From: Pseudonocardiaceae bacterium
GTDB lineage: Bacteria > Actinomycetota > Actinomycetes > Mycobacteriales > Pseudonocardiaceae
NCBI GenBank assembly: GCA_051984675.1
Contig: JBPYFK010000039.1
Span: 5,932 to 69,931 of the forward strand
Reading direction: 5' to 3'
DNA length: 64,000 nt
Positions 42,986 through 51,712 of this stretch are shown here, piece by piece (the stretch's first letter is position 1; each line of letters begins with the position of its first letter). Under the pieces are notes generated by a model. It did no database searches. It was not told the origin of the DNA and saw nothing but the letters and a program-made list of their open reading frames with translations. Position numbers and translations under genes: made by a program.

Positions 42986-45568
42986 GTGGTCGCCATGGCA
43001 CGGGGACGGCTGCGGATCTACCTCGGCGCCGCTCCCGGCGTGGGCAAGACCTACGCCATGCTCTGCGAGGGCCATCGCCGTCAGGGGCGCGGAACCGACG
43101 TGGTCGTCGGCTTCGCGGAGACCTACGGCCGCCCGCGCACCGAGGAGCTGCTCAACGGCCTGGAGATCATCCCGCGCCGAACCCTGACGTACCGGGGGGC
43201 GACCTTCACCGAGCTGGACCCCGACGCCGTTCTGGACCGCGACCCGAAGGTCGCGCTGATCGACGAACTCGCGCACACCAACGTGCCCGGTTCGCGTCAC
43301 GAGAAGCGGTGGCAGGACATCGAGGAGATCCTGGACGCGGGCATCGACGTGATCTCCACGGTGAACATCCAACACCTGGAGTCGGTCAACGACGTCGTCG
43401 AACACATCACCGGCGTGCCGCAGCGGGAAACCGTGCCCGACGAGGTCGTGCGCCGGGCTGAGCAGGTCGAACTGGTCGACATGACCGCCGAGGCACTCCG
43501 CCGCCGCATGGCGCACGGCAACGTCTACCCACCGGAGAAGATCGACGCGGCGCTGAGCAACTACTTCCGGGAAGGCAACCTCACCGCGCTGCGCGAGCTC
43601 GCGCTGTTCTGGCTGGCCGACAAGGTCGACGAGCAGCTGGACCGCTACCGCGCCGAGCATGAGATCACCAAGACGTGGGAGGCGCGGGAGCGGGTGGTCG
43701 TCGCGCTCACCGGCGGTCGCGAAGGCGACACGCTCATCCGGCGCGCCGCCCGCATCGCCGAGCACGCCAAGGGCGCGGACCTGCTCGGTGTGCACGTCAC
43801 CCGCAGCGACGGGCTGTCCGACGCGAACCCGGCGAACCTGGCGCGCCAGCGCAGGCTGATCGAAAGCCTCGGCGGCACCTATCACCAGGTCGTCGGCGCC
43901 GACATCCCCAGCGCGCTGCTGGACTTCGCGCAGGGCGTCAATGCCACCCAGCTGGTGCTGGGAGCCTCCCGGCGGGGGCGCCTGGCGCAGATGTTCTCCC
44001 GTGGCGTGGGGGTCAGCACCACGGCCAAGTCCGGGCCGATCGACGTGCACATGGTCACCCACGAGGAAGTCCGGCACGAGAAGTGGCTGCCCACCCTGAC
44101 CCCGGCGGTCGGGTGGCGACGCCGGCTCGGGGGCTTCGCGCTGGCGGCGGTCGGCCTGCCGGTGCTGACCGCGCTCCTGGCGCCCGCGCATGCGGACGTG
44201 CCGCTGACCAGCGACGTCCTGCTGTTCCTCCTCCTGGTCGTCGGGGTTGCGCTGGCCGGCGGTTTCTGGCCGGCGATGGTCGCGGCGGTCGGGGGTTTCG
44301 TGCTGCTCCGCTACTACTTCATCCCGCCGCTGCACACCTGGACGATCTCGGCGCCCAACGCGCTGGCGTTGATCGTGTTCGTGGTCGTCGGCCTGGCTGT
44401 CAGCGCGGTCGTGGACCGCGCCGCGCGGCGAACCCAGGAAGCCGCTCACGCCCGAGCCGAAGCCGAGATCCTCTCGACACTGTCCGGCAGCGTGATCCGG
44501 GGCGCCCACGCCCTCCCGGCGCTGCTCGCCCGGCTGCGGGAAACCTTCGGGCTGACGTCGGTCACGCTGCTGGAACGGTCCGCCGACACCCCGCACACCC
44601 CGGACGAGCAACACGATCCGCATGCGTGGCACGTCGTCGAAAGCGTCGGCGAGCCGCCCTCCCCCAGCCCGGACGCCGGTGACAACCACATCGCGATCGA
44701 CGACGACCTGTGCCTGGCCGTGCGCGGACCTACACTCCCCGCAGCCGACCAGCGGATACTGGAAGCCTTCGCGAACCGGGCAGCCGTCGCGCTGCGCCAG
44801 CGCCGGCTGACCGAGCAGGCCGAGCAGACCCGACCGCTGGTCGAGGCCAACCGGGTGCGCACCTCGCTGCTCGCCGCCGTCAGCCACGACCTGCGCACGC
44901 CCCTGGCCTCGGCCACGGCCGCCGTCGAGAGTCTCCGCGACGTCGCCGCGCGCGACGAGCACGAGCGGGCCGAGCTGCTCGACACCGTCCACGAGTCGCT
45001 GAGGCGCCTGCACCAGCTCGTCGCCAACCTGCTGGACATGAGCCGCCTGCAAGCGGGCACGCTCGGTGTCGCCCGGCAGTCGTTGGCCCTCGGTGAGGCG
45101 GTCCCCCGCTCGGTCGATGTTCTGGGGCCGGACAGCCGGGATCGCGTCCAGACCCGGATTCCCGAGCCGTTGCCGGACATCGTCGCCGATCCCGGGTTGC
45201 TGGAGCGGGTGCTGGTCAACCTGATGTCCAACGCGCTGCGCTACACCCCACCGGACAAGCCGGTTCTGGTCACCGCGAGCGCACTCGCCAACCACGTCGA
45301 GGTCCGGGTCATCGATCGGGGTCCCGACATCCGCCCGAGCGACTACGAGAAGATCTTCCTCGCGTTCGAGCGTGTCGGGGAGCGCGACAACCATTCTGGC
45401 GCCGGGCTGGGACTCGCGCTGGCACGCGGCCTCACCGAGGCCATGAACGGCAGCCTGACCCCAGAGGAGACCCCAGGTGGCGGACTCACCATGATCCTCG
45501 CGTTTCCGGTGGCCGCTCGCGAGGAGGAACGCGGTGCGGAATCCGCGCGAGCCGCGCCTGTTCGGTGA
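42986..45568 (+). CDS. kdpD: sensor histidine kinase KdpD
   Basis: ORF track 860 aa (GTG 42986 or ATG 42995). Contains the KdpD N-terminal P-loop GAAPGVGKTYAML, a USP-like domain, four TM segments, H-box SHDLRTPL and the HATPase region (GLGLALARG). Confidence 0.95.
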   Translation: MVAMARGRLRIYLGAAPGVGKTYAMLCEGHRRQGRGTDVVVGFAETYGRPRTEELLNGLEIIPRRTLTYRGATFTELDPDAVLDRDPKVALIDELAHTNVPGSRHEKRWQDIEEILDAGIDVISTVNIQHLESVNDVVEHITGVPQRETVPDEVVRRAEQVELVDMTAEALRRRMAHGNVYPPEKIDAALSNYFREGNLTALRELALFWLADKVDEQLDRYRAEHEITKTWEARERVVVALTGGREGDTLIRRAARIAEHAKGADLLGVHVTRSDGLSDANPANLARQRRLIESLGGTYHQVVGADIPSALLDFAQGVNATQLVLGASRRGRLAQMFSRGVGVSTTAKSGPIDVHMVTHEEVRHEKWLPTLTPAVGWRRRLGGFALAAVGLPVLTALLAPAHADVPLTSDVLLFLLLVVGVALAGGFWPAMVAAVGGFVLLRYYFIPPLHTWTISAPNALALIVFVVVGLAVSAVVDRAARRTQEAAHARAEAEILSTLSGSVIRGAHALPALLARLRETFGLTSVTLLERSADTPHTPDEQHDPHAWHVVESVGEPPSPSPDAGDNHIAIDDDLCLAVRGPTLPAADQRILEAFANRAAVALRQRRLTEQAEQTRPLVEANRVRTSLLAAVSHDLRTPLASATAAVESLRDVAARDEHERAELLDTVHESLRRLHQLVANLLDMSRLQAGTLGVARQSLALGEAVPRSVDVLGPDSRDRVQTRIPEPLPDIVADPGLLERVLVNLMSNALRYTPPDKPVLVTASALANHVEVRVIDRGPDIRPSDYEKIFLAFERVGERDNHSGAGLGLALARGLTEAMNGSLTPEETPGGGLTMILAFPVAAREEERGAESARAAPVR

Positions 45569-45657
45569 CAAAATTGCCCATCATCGCCAGGCGATTCCCA
45601 GGCGGACAGACGAGAACCGAACTCCGAGAGGCGGCCCAGCATCGGTCGCCGGCGGGC

Positions 45658-46149
45658 TCAGCCCGGCAAACGGATCACGTGGAGCCGGTCGACCAGGCGG
45701 ACATACCGGCCCCCGCGACCGTCCTCGGGTAGCACCAGGGTGGGGCGAGACAACAAGCGGTCGTTGTAACGGGTGGCCAGCAGAGCCGCGCACGCACCGA
45801 ACTCGGGATCGAGTTCGGCCCAGGACAGCACGACCTGGTATCCGTCCTGGCCGTGCGCGAGCACAGCGAAGCGAAGGTGATCCATCTTCGACACGTCACG
45901 AACCGCCAAGCCGATGCCCGAGAGCACGTCGTGCAGTTCGACGCCGTGCACGGCGTCGAACTGGTCGCACTTGGTGGTGACGTAGTGGACGCGCACCGGC
46001 CCGTGCGCGCGGCTGTTCAACTCCCCTGTCGACACGACGGTCCCGGGCTCTCGAACAGCGCCGGTCACCACCAGCTGGTCGCGCCGGAGCGAAGTCTGAT
46101 CCGTGGCTGTGGCCGTGGCTGCATCCCCATGATCCGGCGCTGGCTCCAT
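45658..46149 (-). CDS. small molybdopterin-binding oxidoreductase-like protein
   Basis: ORF track 45658..46245 with ATG at 46149 (MEPAPDHG). LVVTGAVREPG...FAVLAHGQDGYQVVLSWAELDPEF...LVLPEDGRGGRYVRLVDRL resembles the sulfite-oxidase-type Mo-binding domain. Confidence 0.55.
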   Translation of the reverse strand: MEPAPDHGDAATATATDQTSLRRDQLVVTGAVREPGTVVSTGELNSRAHGPVRVHYVTTKCDQFDAVHGVELHDVLSGIGLAVRDVSKMDHLRFAVLAHGQDGYQVVLSWAELDPEFGACAALLATRYNDRLLSRPTLVLPEDGRGGRYVRLVDRLHVIRLPG

Positions 46150-46326
46150 GAGAGGCAGCGTAGAGACAAATCGATTCCGCAGGATCCTCCGTGAGGGCGA
46201 TTTCTTGCCGCGACTGCGGATCAGAGGTCCGATTTTCGGACGCATCTGCGGATCACGCCCGCTCGGGCAATGGTCATACGCGACAGCCGTGACGTTCTAC
46301 TCGGTGACCAGCCACTCGCCCACCGC

Positions 46327-47151
46327 TCACTGAGCCTGCGGGAGCACCGCCACCGGGCAGCGAGCGTGGTGCAGAACCCCGGCCGCGACGGAGCCGAGTT
46401 GGAGCCCGGTGAACCCGCCGCGCCCGCGATGACCGACGGCAAGCAACTGGGCTTCCCGAGCGGCGTCGAGAAGCATCGCCACCGGATGCCCGTGCCGCGC
46501 GACCCGATGAATCGTGACGTCCGGGTACTGGTCGCTCCAGCCCGCCACCTGCTCGGCCAGCGCGCGATCGACCTGCTGCTGGGCCTGCTCGCGGTCGAAG
46601 GCGGCCATCGGCGCGGGAAACAGCCCCTCCTCGTGCCATGCCTGAACCGCGATGAGCTTGGTCTCGCGCAGCGCGGCCTCGCGCACGGCGAACTCCATGG
46701 CGACGCGGCTGCTCGCGGACCCATCCAAGCCCACGACGACGGGACCGGTCGCCACCGAAAGCTCGCCTCGCACCACCACGACCGGGCCGGCGCTGTGGAC
46801 GGCCACGGCGGAACTCACCGAGCCGAGCAACGCACGGGTGAAGCGGCCGTGCCCACGCGAGCCCAGGACGAGCAGCCCCGCGTCCGCCGTCCTCTGGATC
46901 AGCGTCTCGATCGGGTGACCCTCGATGAGCTCCTCGGTCACCTCCAATGCGGGCTCCTGCCGTCGGCACCGGTCGGCGATGTCGAGCAGCGTCTTCTCCG
47001 CGTAGTCCCTCCGCGCGGGGTCGTCGTTGACCATGACGAGGTGGACGGCCGCGTGCCGACGGATCGCTTCGGTCGTGGCCCACCAGACGGCGCCTTCCGC
47101 GCTGTGGGAACCATCCACACCAACTACGACAACTTCTGGGGGCATCGTCAT
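46327..47151 (-). CDS. universal stress protein, tandem USP domains
   Basis: ORF track 274 aa. VVVGVDGSHSAEGAVWWA opens the first domain, VVVGLDGSASSRVAMEFA opens the second, and GSRGHG / GHRGRGGFTGLQLGSV are ATP-binding-type motifs. Confidence 0.9.
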   Translation of the reverse strand: MTMPPEVVVVGVDGSHSAEGAVWWATTEAIRRHAAVHLVMVNDDPARRDYAEKTLLDIADRCRRQEPALEVTEELIEGHPIETLIQRTADAGLLVLGSRGHGRFTRALLGSVSSAVAVHSAGPVVVVRGELSVATGPVVVGLDGSASSRVAMEFAVREAALRETKLIAVQAWHEEGLFPAPMAAFDREQAQQQVDRALAEQVAGWSDQYPDVTIHRVARHGHPVAMLLDAAREAQLLAVGHRGRGGFTGLQLGSVAAGVLHHARCPVAVLPQAQ

Positions 47152-47160
47152 CGTCCCTCC

Positions 47161-48066
47161 CTAAGAACGCGGAACCCGGGACCGCTGCTGATCAGCGGCC
47201 GATCGTGCCGTGTCACCGGTAGCCCGGGGGCTGGGCGGCTCAGCGGTTACGCGTGCGGGCGTCACCATGACGGGACACGTGGCCTCCGCGAGCACCATGT
47301 CGGCCAAGTGCAGGAACTGGGGTCCGTGCGTCGGCTGGCCCATCACCAGCAGTGCGGCACCCGTCGCGACATGCCGGAACACGTTCGCCGGAGTGCCCTG
47401 GAAGCAGGCACGGCGCAGCGTGAGCTGGGGGTACCGGTGTTGCCACGGAAGGAGGGTGTCCTCCAGCATGCCGAACGACGTCGGAACCGGGCTCAGCACG
47501 ACCTCCAACATCTGCGGGTCGACATACGCGCCGTGCGGCCCGGCCGGTGGTGGCTCGGCACGGACCGCCACCACGGGGAGGTGCCGCGACGATGCTTCGG
47601 CGACAACCCACGGCAAGATCCGCTCGGCCGCCGTCGGCGTGTCGAGGGCCGCCACGACATGGTTGTTGAACGGCCCTTGCCGCTGGCTGCGCAGCGGCGG
47701 GACGACAGTGACGGCGGACGGCGGCTGGGACAGCAGGTGGCTGGTCGTGGAGCCCAGCATGCGGGCAGCCCAGCGGCGTCGCAGCCGCATGCCCACGACC
47801 AGGAGATCCACTGGTCCCACAGCCTGTTCCAGGCACACACTCGGCGCTCCGGCGACCAGGCGTGCCTCCACGGGCACCGAGACCTGCCGCGCCCGGACAC
47901 GCCGCATCGCCGAATCCCGAGTCGCTTGGTCGGCTCGCGCACAGTGCAGGACCGTCAGCGGCACCTTGTGCGTGTCAGCCGCGTCCATGGCCCACTCCAG
48001 TGCCCGCCAACCGCCATCCGATCCGTCGACACCGACCACCACGTGTTGCGGAACCTCGGACTCCAT
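47161..48066 (-). CDS. universal stress protein, tandem USP domains
   Basis: ORF track 47161..48075 with ATG at 48066 (MESEVPQHVVVGVDGSDGGWRALEWA). The second domain starts VVAALDTPTAAERILPW. Confidence 0.9.
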   Translation of the reverse strand: MESEVPQHVVVGVDGSDGGWRALEWAMDAADTHKVPLTVLHCARADQATRDSAMRRVRARQVSVPVEARLVAGAPSVCLEQAVGPVDLLVVGMRLRRRWAARMLGSTTSHLLSQPPSAVTVVPPLRSQRQGPFNNHVVAALDTPTAAERILPWVVAEASSRHLPVVAVRAEPPPAGPHGAYVDPQMLEVVLSPVPTSFGMLEDTLLPWQHRYPQLTLRRACFQGTPANVFRHVATGAALLVMGQPTHGPQFLHLADMVLAEATCPVMVTPARVTAEPPSPRATGDTARSAADQQRSRVPRS

Positions 48067-48201
48067 CGCCACCACCTCTCCGCGACGGCTCCCCTTTAGC
48101 CAAGGCCCACCACAGCGTCACGACCAGGGACTTTGGGCCATATGGCGAGTGCGTGCGGCAGTGCCATGGTTGACCTTGAAGTCCAAGCAGGAGAGTCCGC
48201 G

Positions 48202-49200
48202 ATGAACGATTTTCCGACCGTGTTCGGCTTGCCGCCGGACGAGGTTGAGGACGTGATTCGCCGAGCCGGGGCGGCGCCGTCGTTGCACAACGCCCAGCCC
48301 TGGCGTTTCCGGGTACTTCCCGACGTCATCGAAGTCCACGGCGACCCGCAGCGCCGGTTGCCGGTCGCGGACCCGGACGACTGCGAACTGCGGTTGGGTT
48401 GTGGAGCGGCGCTGTTCAACCTGCGCGTGGCGCTGGAGCACGCCGGTGTTCGCCCGCTCGTGACGCTGCTGCCGCGGTCGGGCGGGCCAACCTTGCTGGC
48501 AGCGGCGCGTTCCGGCGGTAGATCTTCGCGGAGACCCGACCTCTCCCGGCTCTACGAAGCGATCCCGAACCGGCGCAGCAATCGGCGTCCCTTCCTGCCC
48601 ACCCCGGTGCCGGCTGGGCACCGTCAGGATCTGATCCGCGCGGCTCAGGAGGAAAAGGGCTGGCTGCACGTGATGGAACGCGGGCAGCTGGGAGCGCTGG
48701 AAGGCTTGGTGCACCGCGCTCACCGCATCCAGATGGCCGATTGGCGTTTCCGGGACGAAATGGCGCGGTGGACCGGCCGCGCTCCCGGGACAGTGGACGG
48801 CGTGCCCGCCCAGGCGGCGGGCCCGCGGCCGGAGCCCCAGGACCAGTGGGTGCTGCGGGACTTCTCCGGCGGCCAAGCCTCCGCCCGTGTGCCCGGTAAG
48901 GATTTCGAGTCCGACCCGCTGCTGGTGGTGCTGTGCTCCCATCACGACAGCGTCATGGAGGACCTGCAGGCCGGTCAGGCGTTGCAGCGGGTGCTCCTGA
49001 CCGCCACGTCGCTCGGGCTCGTGGCCTCGCTGCTGTCGCAGGTGGTGGAGGTGGCCGAGACCCGAGACGAGCTACGCCGCCTGCTAGGCGGAACGCTGTA
49101 TCCACACGCGCTCGTGCGCGTGGGCTACGGCTCGCCCGCGCGAGCGACACCCCGACGGGCGCCCCGGGAGCTGTTGATCGACGCTGTGTCCACCGGTTGA
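48202..49200 (+). CDS. Acg-family FMN-binding nitroreductase-like protein
   Basis: ORF track 48133..49200 with ATG at 48202 after GCAGGAGAG. Contains IRRAGAAPSLHNAQPWRFRV and a duplicated nitroreductase fold, as in Acg/Rv2032-type proteins. Confidence 0.85.
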   Translation: MNDFPTVFGLPPDEVEDVIRRAGAAPSLHNAQPWRFRVLPDVIEVHGDPQRRLPVADPDDCELRLGCGAALFNLRVALEHAGVRPLVTLLPRSGGPTLLAAARSGGRSSRRPDLSRLYEAIPNRRSNRRPFLPTPVPAGHRQDLIRAAQEEKGWLHVMERGQLGALEGLVHRAHRIQMADWRFRDEMARWTGRAPGTVDGVPAQAAGPRPEPQDQWVLRDFSGGQASARVPGKDFESDPLLVVLCSHHDSVMEDLQAGQALQRVLLTATSLGLVASLLSQVVEVAETRDELRRLLGGTLYPHALVRVGYGSPARATPRRAPRELLIDAVSTG

Positions 49201-49233
49201 CAGGATCCGGCGACGCCAGGAGCCCGGAGGAGA

Positions 49234-50232
49234 ATGATGGCCACGACGGCTCTGTCCGAACACATGGTGCACTCCGCGTTGACGCTGGCAGGCCGGGCTC
49301 CGTCGGTGCACAACAGCCAGCCCTGGCGGTGGAAGCTGGCGCCGCATTCGGTGCACCTGTTCATGGACCGCTCCAGGATGCTTCCGGTGCTTGACCCCAC
49401 CGGACGCGAACTGGTCATCAGTTGCGGTGCGGCGTTGCACCACGCCCGGATCGCGTTCACCGCGGCGGGCTGGCGACCCCACGTACGCCGGTTTCCCAAC
49501 CCGGCCCAGCCGGAGCATCTCGCCGCTCTCGAGCTGACCCGCATGTCCGAACTGGACACCGCGGCGGTCGCGGCGGCGGCCGTCGCCGCGCGACGGCACA
49601 CCGACCGGCGCCCGTTCCTGCCCGACCCAGTACCGGGAGAGCTGCTGGCACTGTTGCAGGACGCCGCCAGTGGCGAGGGCGCGGTGCTGACGTTCGCGTT
49701 GGACGACCACCCGCGCCGCGAACTCATGCTGGCCATCGAGCAGGCCGGTTCCCAGCAGCGGGCACGAGCCGAGTACCAGCGCGAACTGGCCGACTGGGTC
49801 GGCACCCACGTCGCCCCCGTCGAGGGCATACCGACGCAGAGCGTGCCCGCCACGGGCGAGTACCCGCGCGGAATGCCCTCCCGTGATTTCAGCCTGGCCG
49901 TCGAGGGGGAACTGCCCGTCCCGGTGCTCGACGACGGAGCGGTGCTCGCGGTGCTCGCCACGGAAGGCGACAGCTTCGACAGCTGGCTGGGTGCGGGTGA
50001 GGCGCTCAGCGCGGTGCTGCTGACCGCCAGCGGAGCGGGTCTGGCCACCTGCCCGCTGAGCCACGTCGGCGAGACCACCGCCGCCCGCACCGCCGTGCGC
50101 GAGAACGTCCTTGCCCACGGCGGACAACCCCAGATGGCCATCCGCATCGGATGGCCCGCCACGCACGAGTTCCCCGGCCCGCTCACCCCGCGCCGACCCG
50201 TCGCGGACTCCATCGAAACCTTTTCCGGCTGA
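49234..50232 (+). CDS. Acg-family FMN-binding nitroreductase-like protein (paralog)
   Basis: ORF track 332 aa. Contains LAGRAPSVHNSQPWRWKL and is colinear with the preceding gene. Confidence 0.85.
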   Translation: MMATTALSEHMVHSALTLAGRAPSVHNSQPWRWKLAPHSVHLFMDRSRMLPVLDPTGRELVISCGAALHHARIAFTAAGWRPHVRRFPNPAQPEHLAALELTRMSELDTAAVAAAAVAARRHTDRRPFLPDPVPGELLALLQDAASGEGAVLTFALDDHPRRELMLAIEQAGSQQRARAEYQRELADWVGTHVAPVEGIPTQSVPATGEYPRGMPSRDFSLAVEGELPVPVLDDGAVLAVLATEGDSFDSWLGAGEALSAVLLTASGAGLATCPLSHVGETTAARTAVRENVLAHGGQPQMAIRIGWPATHEFPGPLTPRRPVADSIETFSG

Positions 50233-50301
50233 CCACAGTGGACGCTGATACACGCGGTGCCCGAGCGGTTCGACGCTCTACCGTGAAGGTCGAGGGCGAC
50301 G

Positions 50302-50690
50302 ATGAGCGGGCTGTGTACGGACCTGTACGAGAACAGGATGGCGGCGAGCTACCTGCGCAGGGAGATGACCGCGCCAGCCACCTTCAGCCTGTTCGCCCGC
50401 AAGCTCCCGCCGGACCGTGGGTTTCTGGCCGCTGCCGGCCTGGCCGACTGCCTGAACTTCCTCGCTGACCTCCATTTCGCTGCGCTTCACCGGTGACGTC
50501 TGGGCCGTCCCGGAAGGACGAATGGTGTTCGCTGGCGAGCCATTCCTGGAAGTCACTCCCCTGGCTGCCGGAGGCGGCCCGCCGGCTCCGCGACCCCGTT
50601 CCGGTCGAGGTGCGACACAGCACCGAGCTACGGCGTCTGACCGAGTCCCTGCAACGGTCCCTTGCCGTGGCCACCGGCGGAGTCCACTGA
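50302..50690 (+). pseudogene. nicotinate phosphoribosyltransferase (pncB-like) remnant in three frames
   Basis: ORF 50302..50496 encodes the NAPRTase N-terminus (GLCTDLYENRMAASYLRREMTAPATFSLFARKLPPDRGFLAAAGLADCLNFLADLHF). A second frame gives FTGDVWAVPEGRMVFAGEPFLEVT. A third gives a C-terminal-like WLPEAARRLRDPVPVEVRHSTELRRLTESL. About 300 codons of the enzyme body are absent. Confidence 0.6.
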
Positions 50691-50716
50691 GGATCGTCCA
50701 CTACGATCTTCTCGGT

Positions 50717-51595
50717 CTACGACCCGCGCTTCGCTGGGACGACGGCGACCGGACACGAGGCGTGGTGGACGGCGGCGTGGCTGACTGACCCGAGCACGAG
50801 CCGGCGGACCGGCCCCCGGCCGTGACTGCCGACGATCAGCATGCTCGCGCCCTCGGCTTCCTCCAGCAGTGCTTGCGCCGGGCGGGCCGGCGTGATCACC
50901 CGGCGGACCGACACGTCGGGGTACTGCTCCATCTCACCGGCCAGCGACTGGGCGAGCACGTCGGCCGCATCGGTCCGTACCTCGTCCCAGCCCCGTTCCC
51001 AGTCCTGCACACGCGCGAACGGGTCCAGTGGCAGATCGCTCCAGGCATGCACCGCCACAAGCTCCACCCCATGGCGAGCGGCGAAGTCGTAGGCGAACGC
51101 GATGGCTTCCGAGCTGGCAGGGGAACCGTCGACACCCACGACGGCGGGTCCGGTGGCCAGCTCCGGCTGCTCCGGGGGCGCCGCGCCACGGACGACGACC
51201 ATCGGCACACCCGCACGGCGGGACACCAGCTCCGCCGCCGTCGAGCCCAGCGCGCCGCGTGGCGCACCGCCCATCCCCGAGGGGCCGAGCACCAGCAACT
51301 CGGCTTGCTCGGCCGTGTCGCTGAGCACCCACGCCGGATCGCCGGAGGCCAGCTCGGTGCGGACCTCCAGACCGGGCACGATCTGGCCACACGTTTCGCG
51401 CAGCGCGTCCAGTTCGTGCCGCATGGCCTCCTGGAGGGAGTGCACGACCTCCTCGAACGGCCAGGTGAAGGCATGCAGCAACAACAGTGGCCGGCGCCGG
51501 TTGCCGGCCTCGCGGGCAGCCCACCACACGGCCCGGCGGGAGGCATCCGAGAGGTCGAACCCCACGACGATCGCGTTCCGGCCGGCATCCGACAT
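50717..51595 (-). CDS. universal stress protein, tandem USP domains
   Basis: ORF track 50717..51676 with ATG at 51595 after GGGGAGGGGAGG. Contains MSDAGRNAIVVGFDLSDASRRAVWWA, AVVGVDGSPASSEAIAFA and GSHGRGPVRRLVLGSV. Confidence 0.9.
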   Translation of the reverse strand: MSDAGRNAIVVGFDLSDASRRAVWWAAREAGNRRRPLLLLHAFTWPFEEVVHSLQEAMRHELDALRETCGQIVPGLEVRTELASGDPAWVLSDTAEQAELLVLGPSGMGGAPRGALGSTAAELVSRRAGVPMVVVRGAAPPEQPELATGPAVVGVDGSPASSEAIAFAYDFAARHGVELVAVHAWSDLPLDPFARVQDWERGWDEVRTDAADVLAQSLAGEMEQYPDVSVRRVITPARPAQALLEEAEGASMLIVGSHGRGPVRRLVLGSVSHAAVHHASCPVAVVPAKRGS

Positions 51596-51676
51596 CGGGA
51601 TCGACCTCCCCTCCCCCACGCGAGGCGGTAATCCGGTGGGCCGACAGCCAGCTGTTTCCTCATGGTGCCCCGCCAA

Positions 51677-51696
51677 GTGCGGACCGGCATCCGCAC
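51677..51696. terminator. short hairpin GTGCGGA-ccggca-TCCGCAC downstream of the ArsR-SRPBCC gene (terminator or operator)
   Basis: Perfect 7-bp arms read at 51677-51683 and 51690-51696. It lies between the ArsR-type gene stop (51713) and the USP start (51595). Confidence 0.3.
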
Positions 51697-51712
51697 GCCG
51701 CCCCGGCCGTGC

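Noticed and set aside
39663-45571. Long minus-strand ORFs (39663..41255, 42923..45571) opposite kdpB and kdpD
   Set aside because: The plus-strand kdp genes are unambiguous. The antisense translations are Arg/Gly/Asp-rich with no recognisable domains.
45534-45980. ORF overlapping the kdpD stop, considered as a possible kdpE
   Set aside because: The translation (MRNPREPRLFGDKIAHHRQ...) has no receiver-domain acidic pocket and no winged-helix output domain. It also mostly overlaps the convergent Mo-oxidoreductase-like gene.
46270-48099. 609-aa plus-strand ORF across the two USP genes
   Set aside because: It is antisense to two USP genes with clear motifs and has shadow-ORF composition.
48127-48139. 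GGGACTTTGGGCC as a full DosR box
   Set aside because: Only the left GGGAC half matches. The right half is GGGCC rather than GTCCC, so it is not a palindrome. I kept it only as a side note in the promoter finding.
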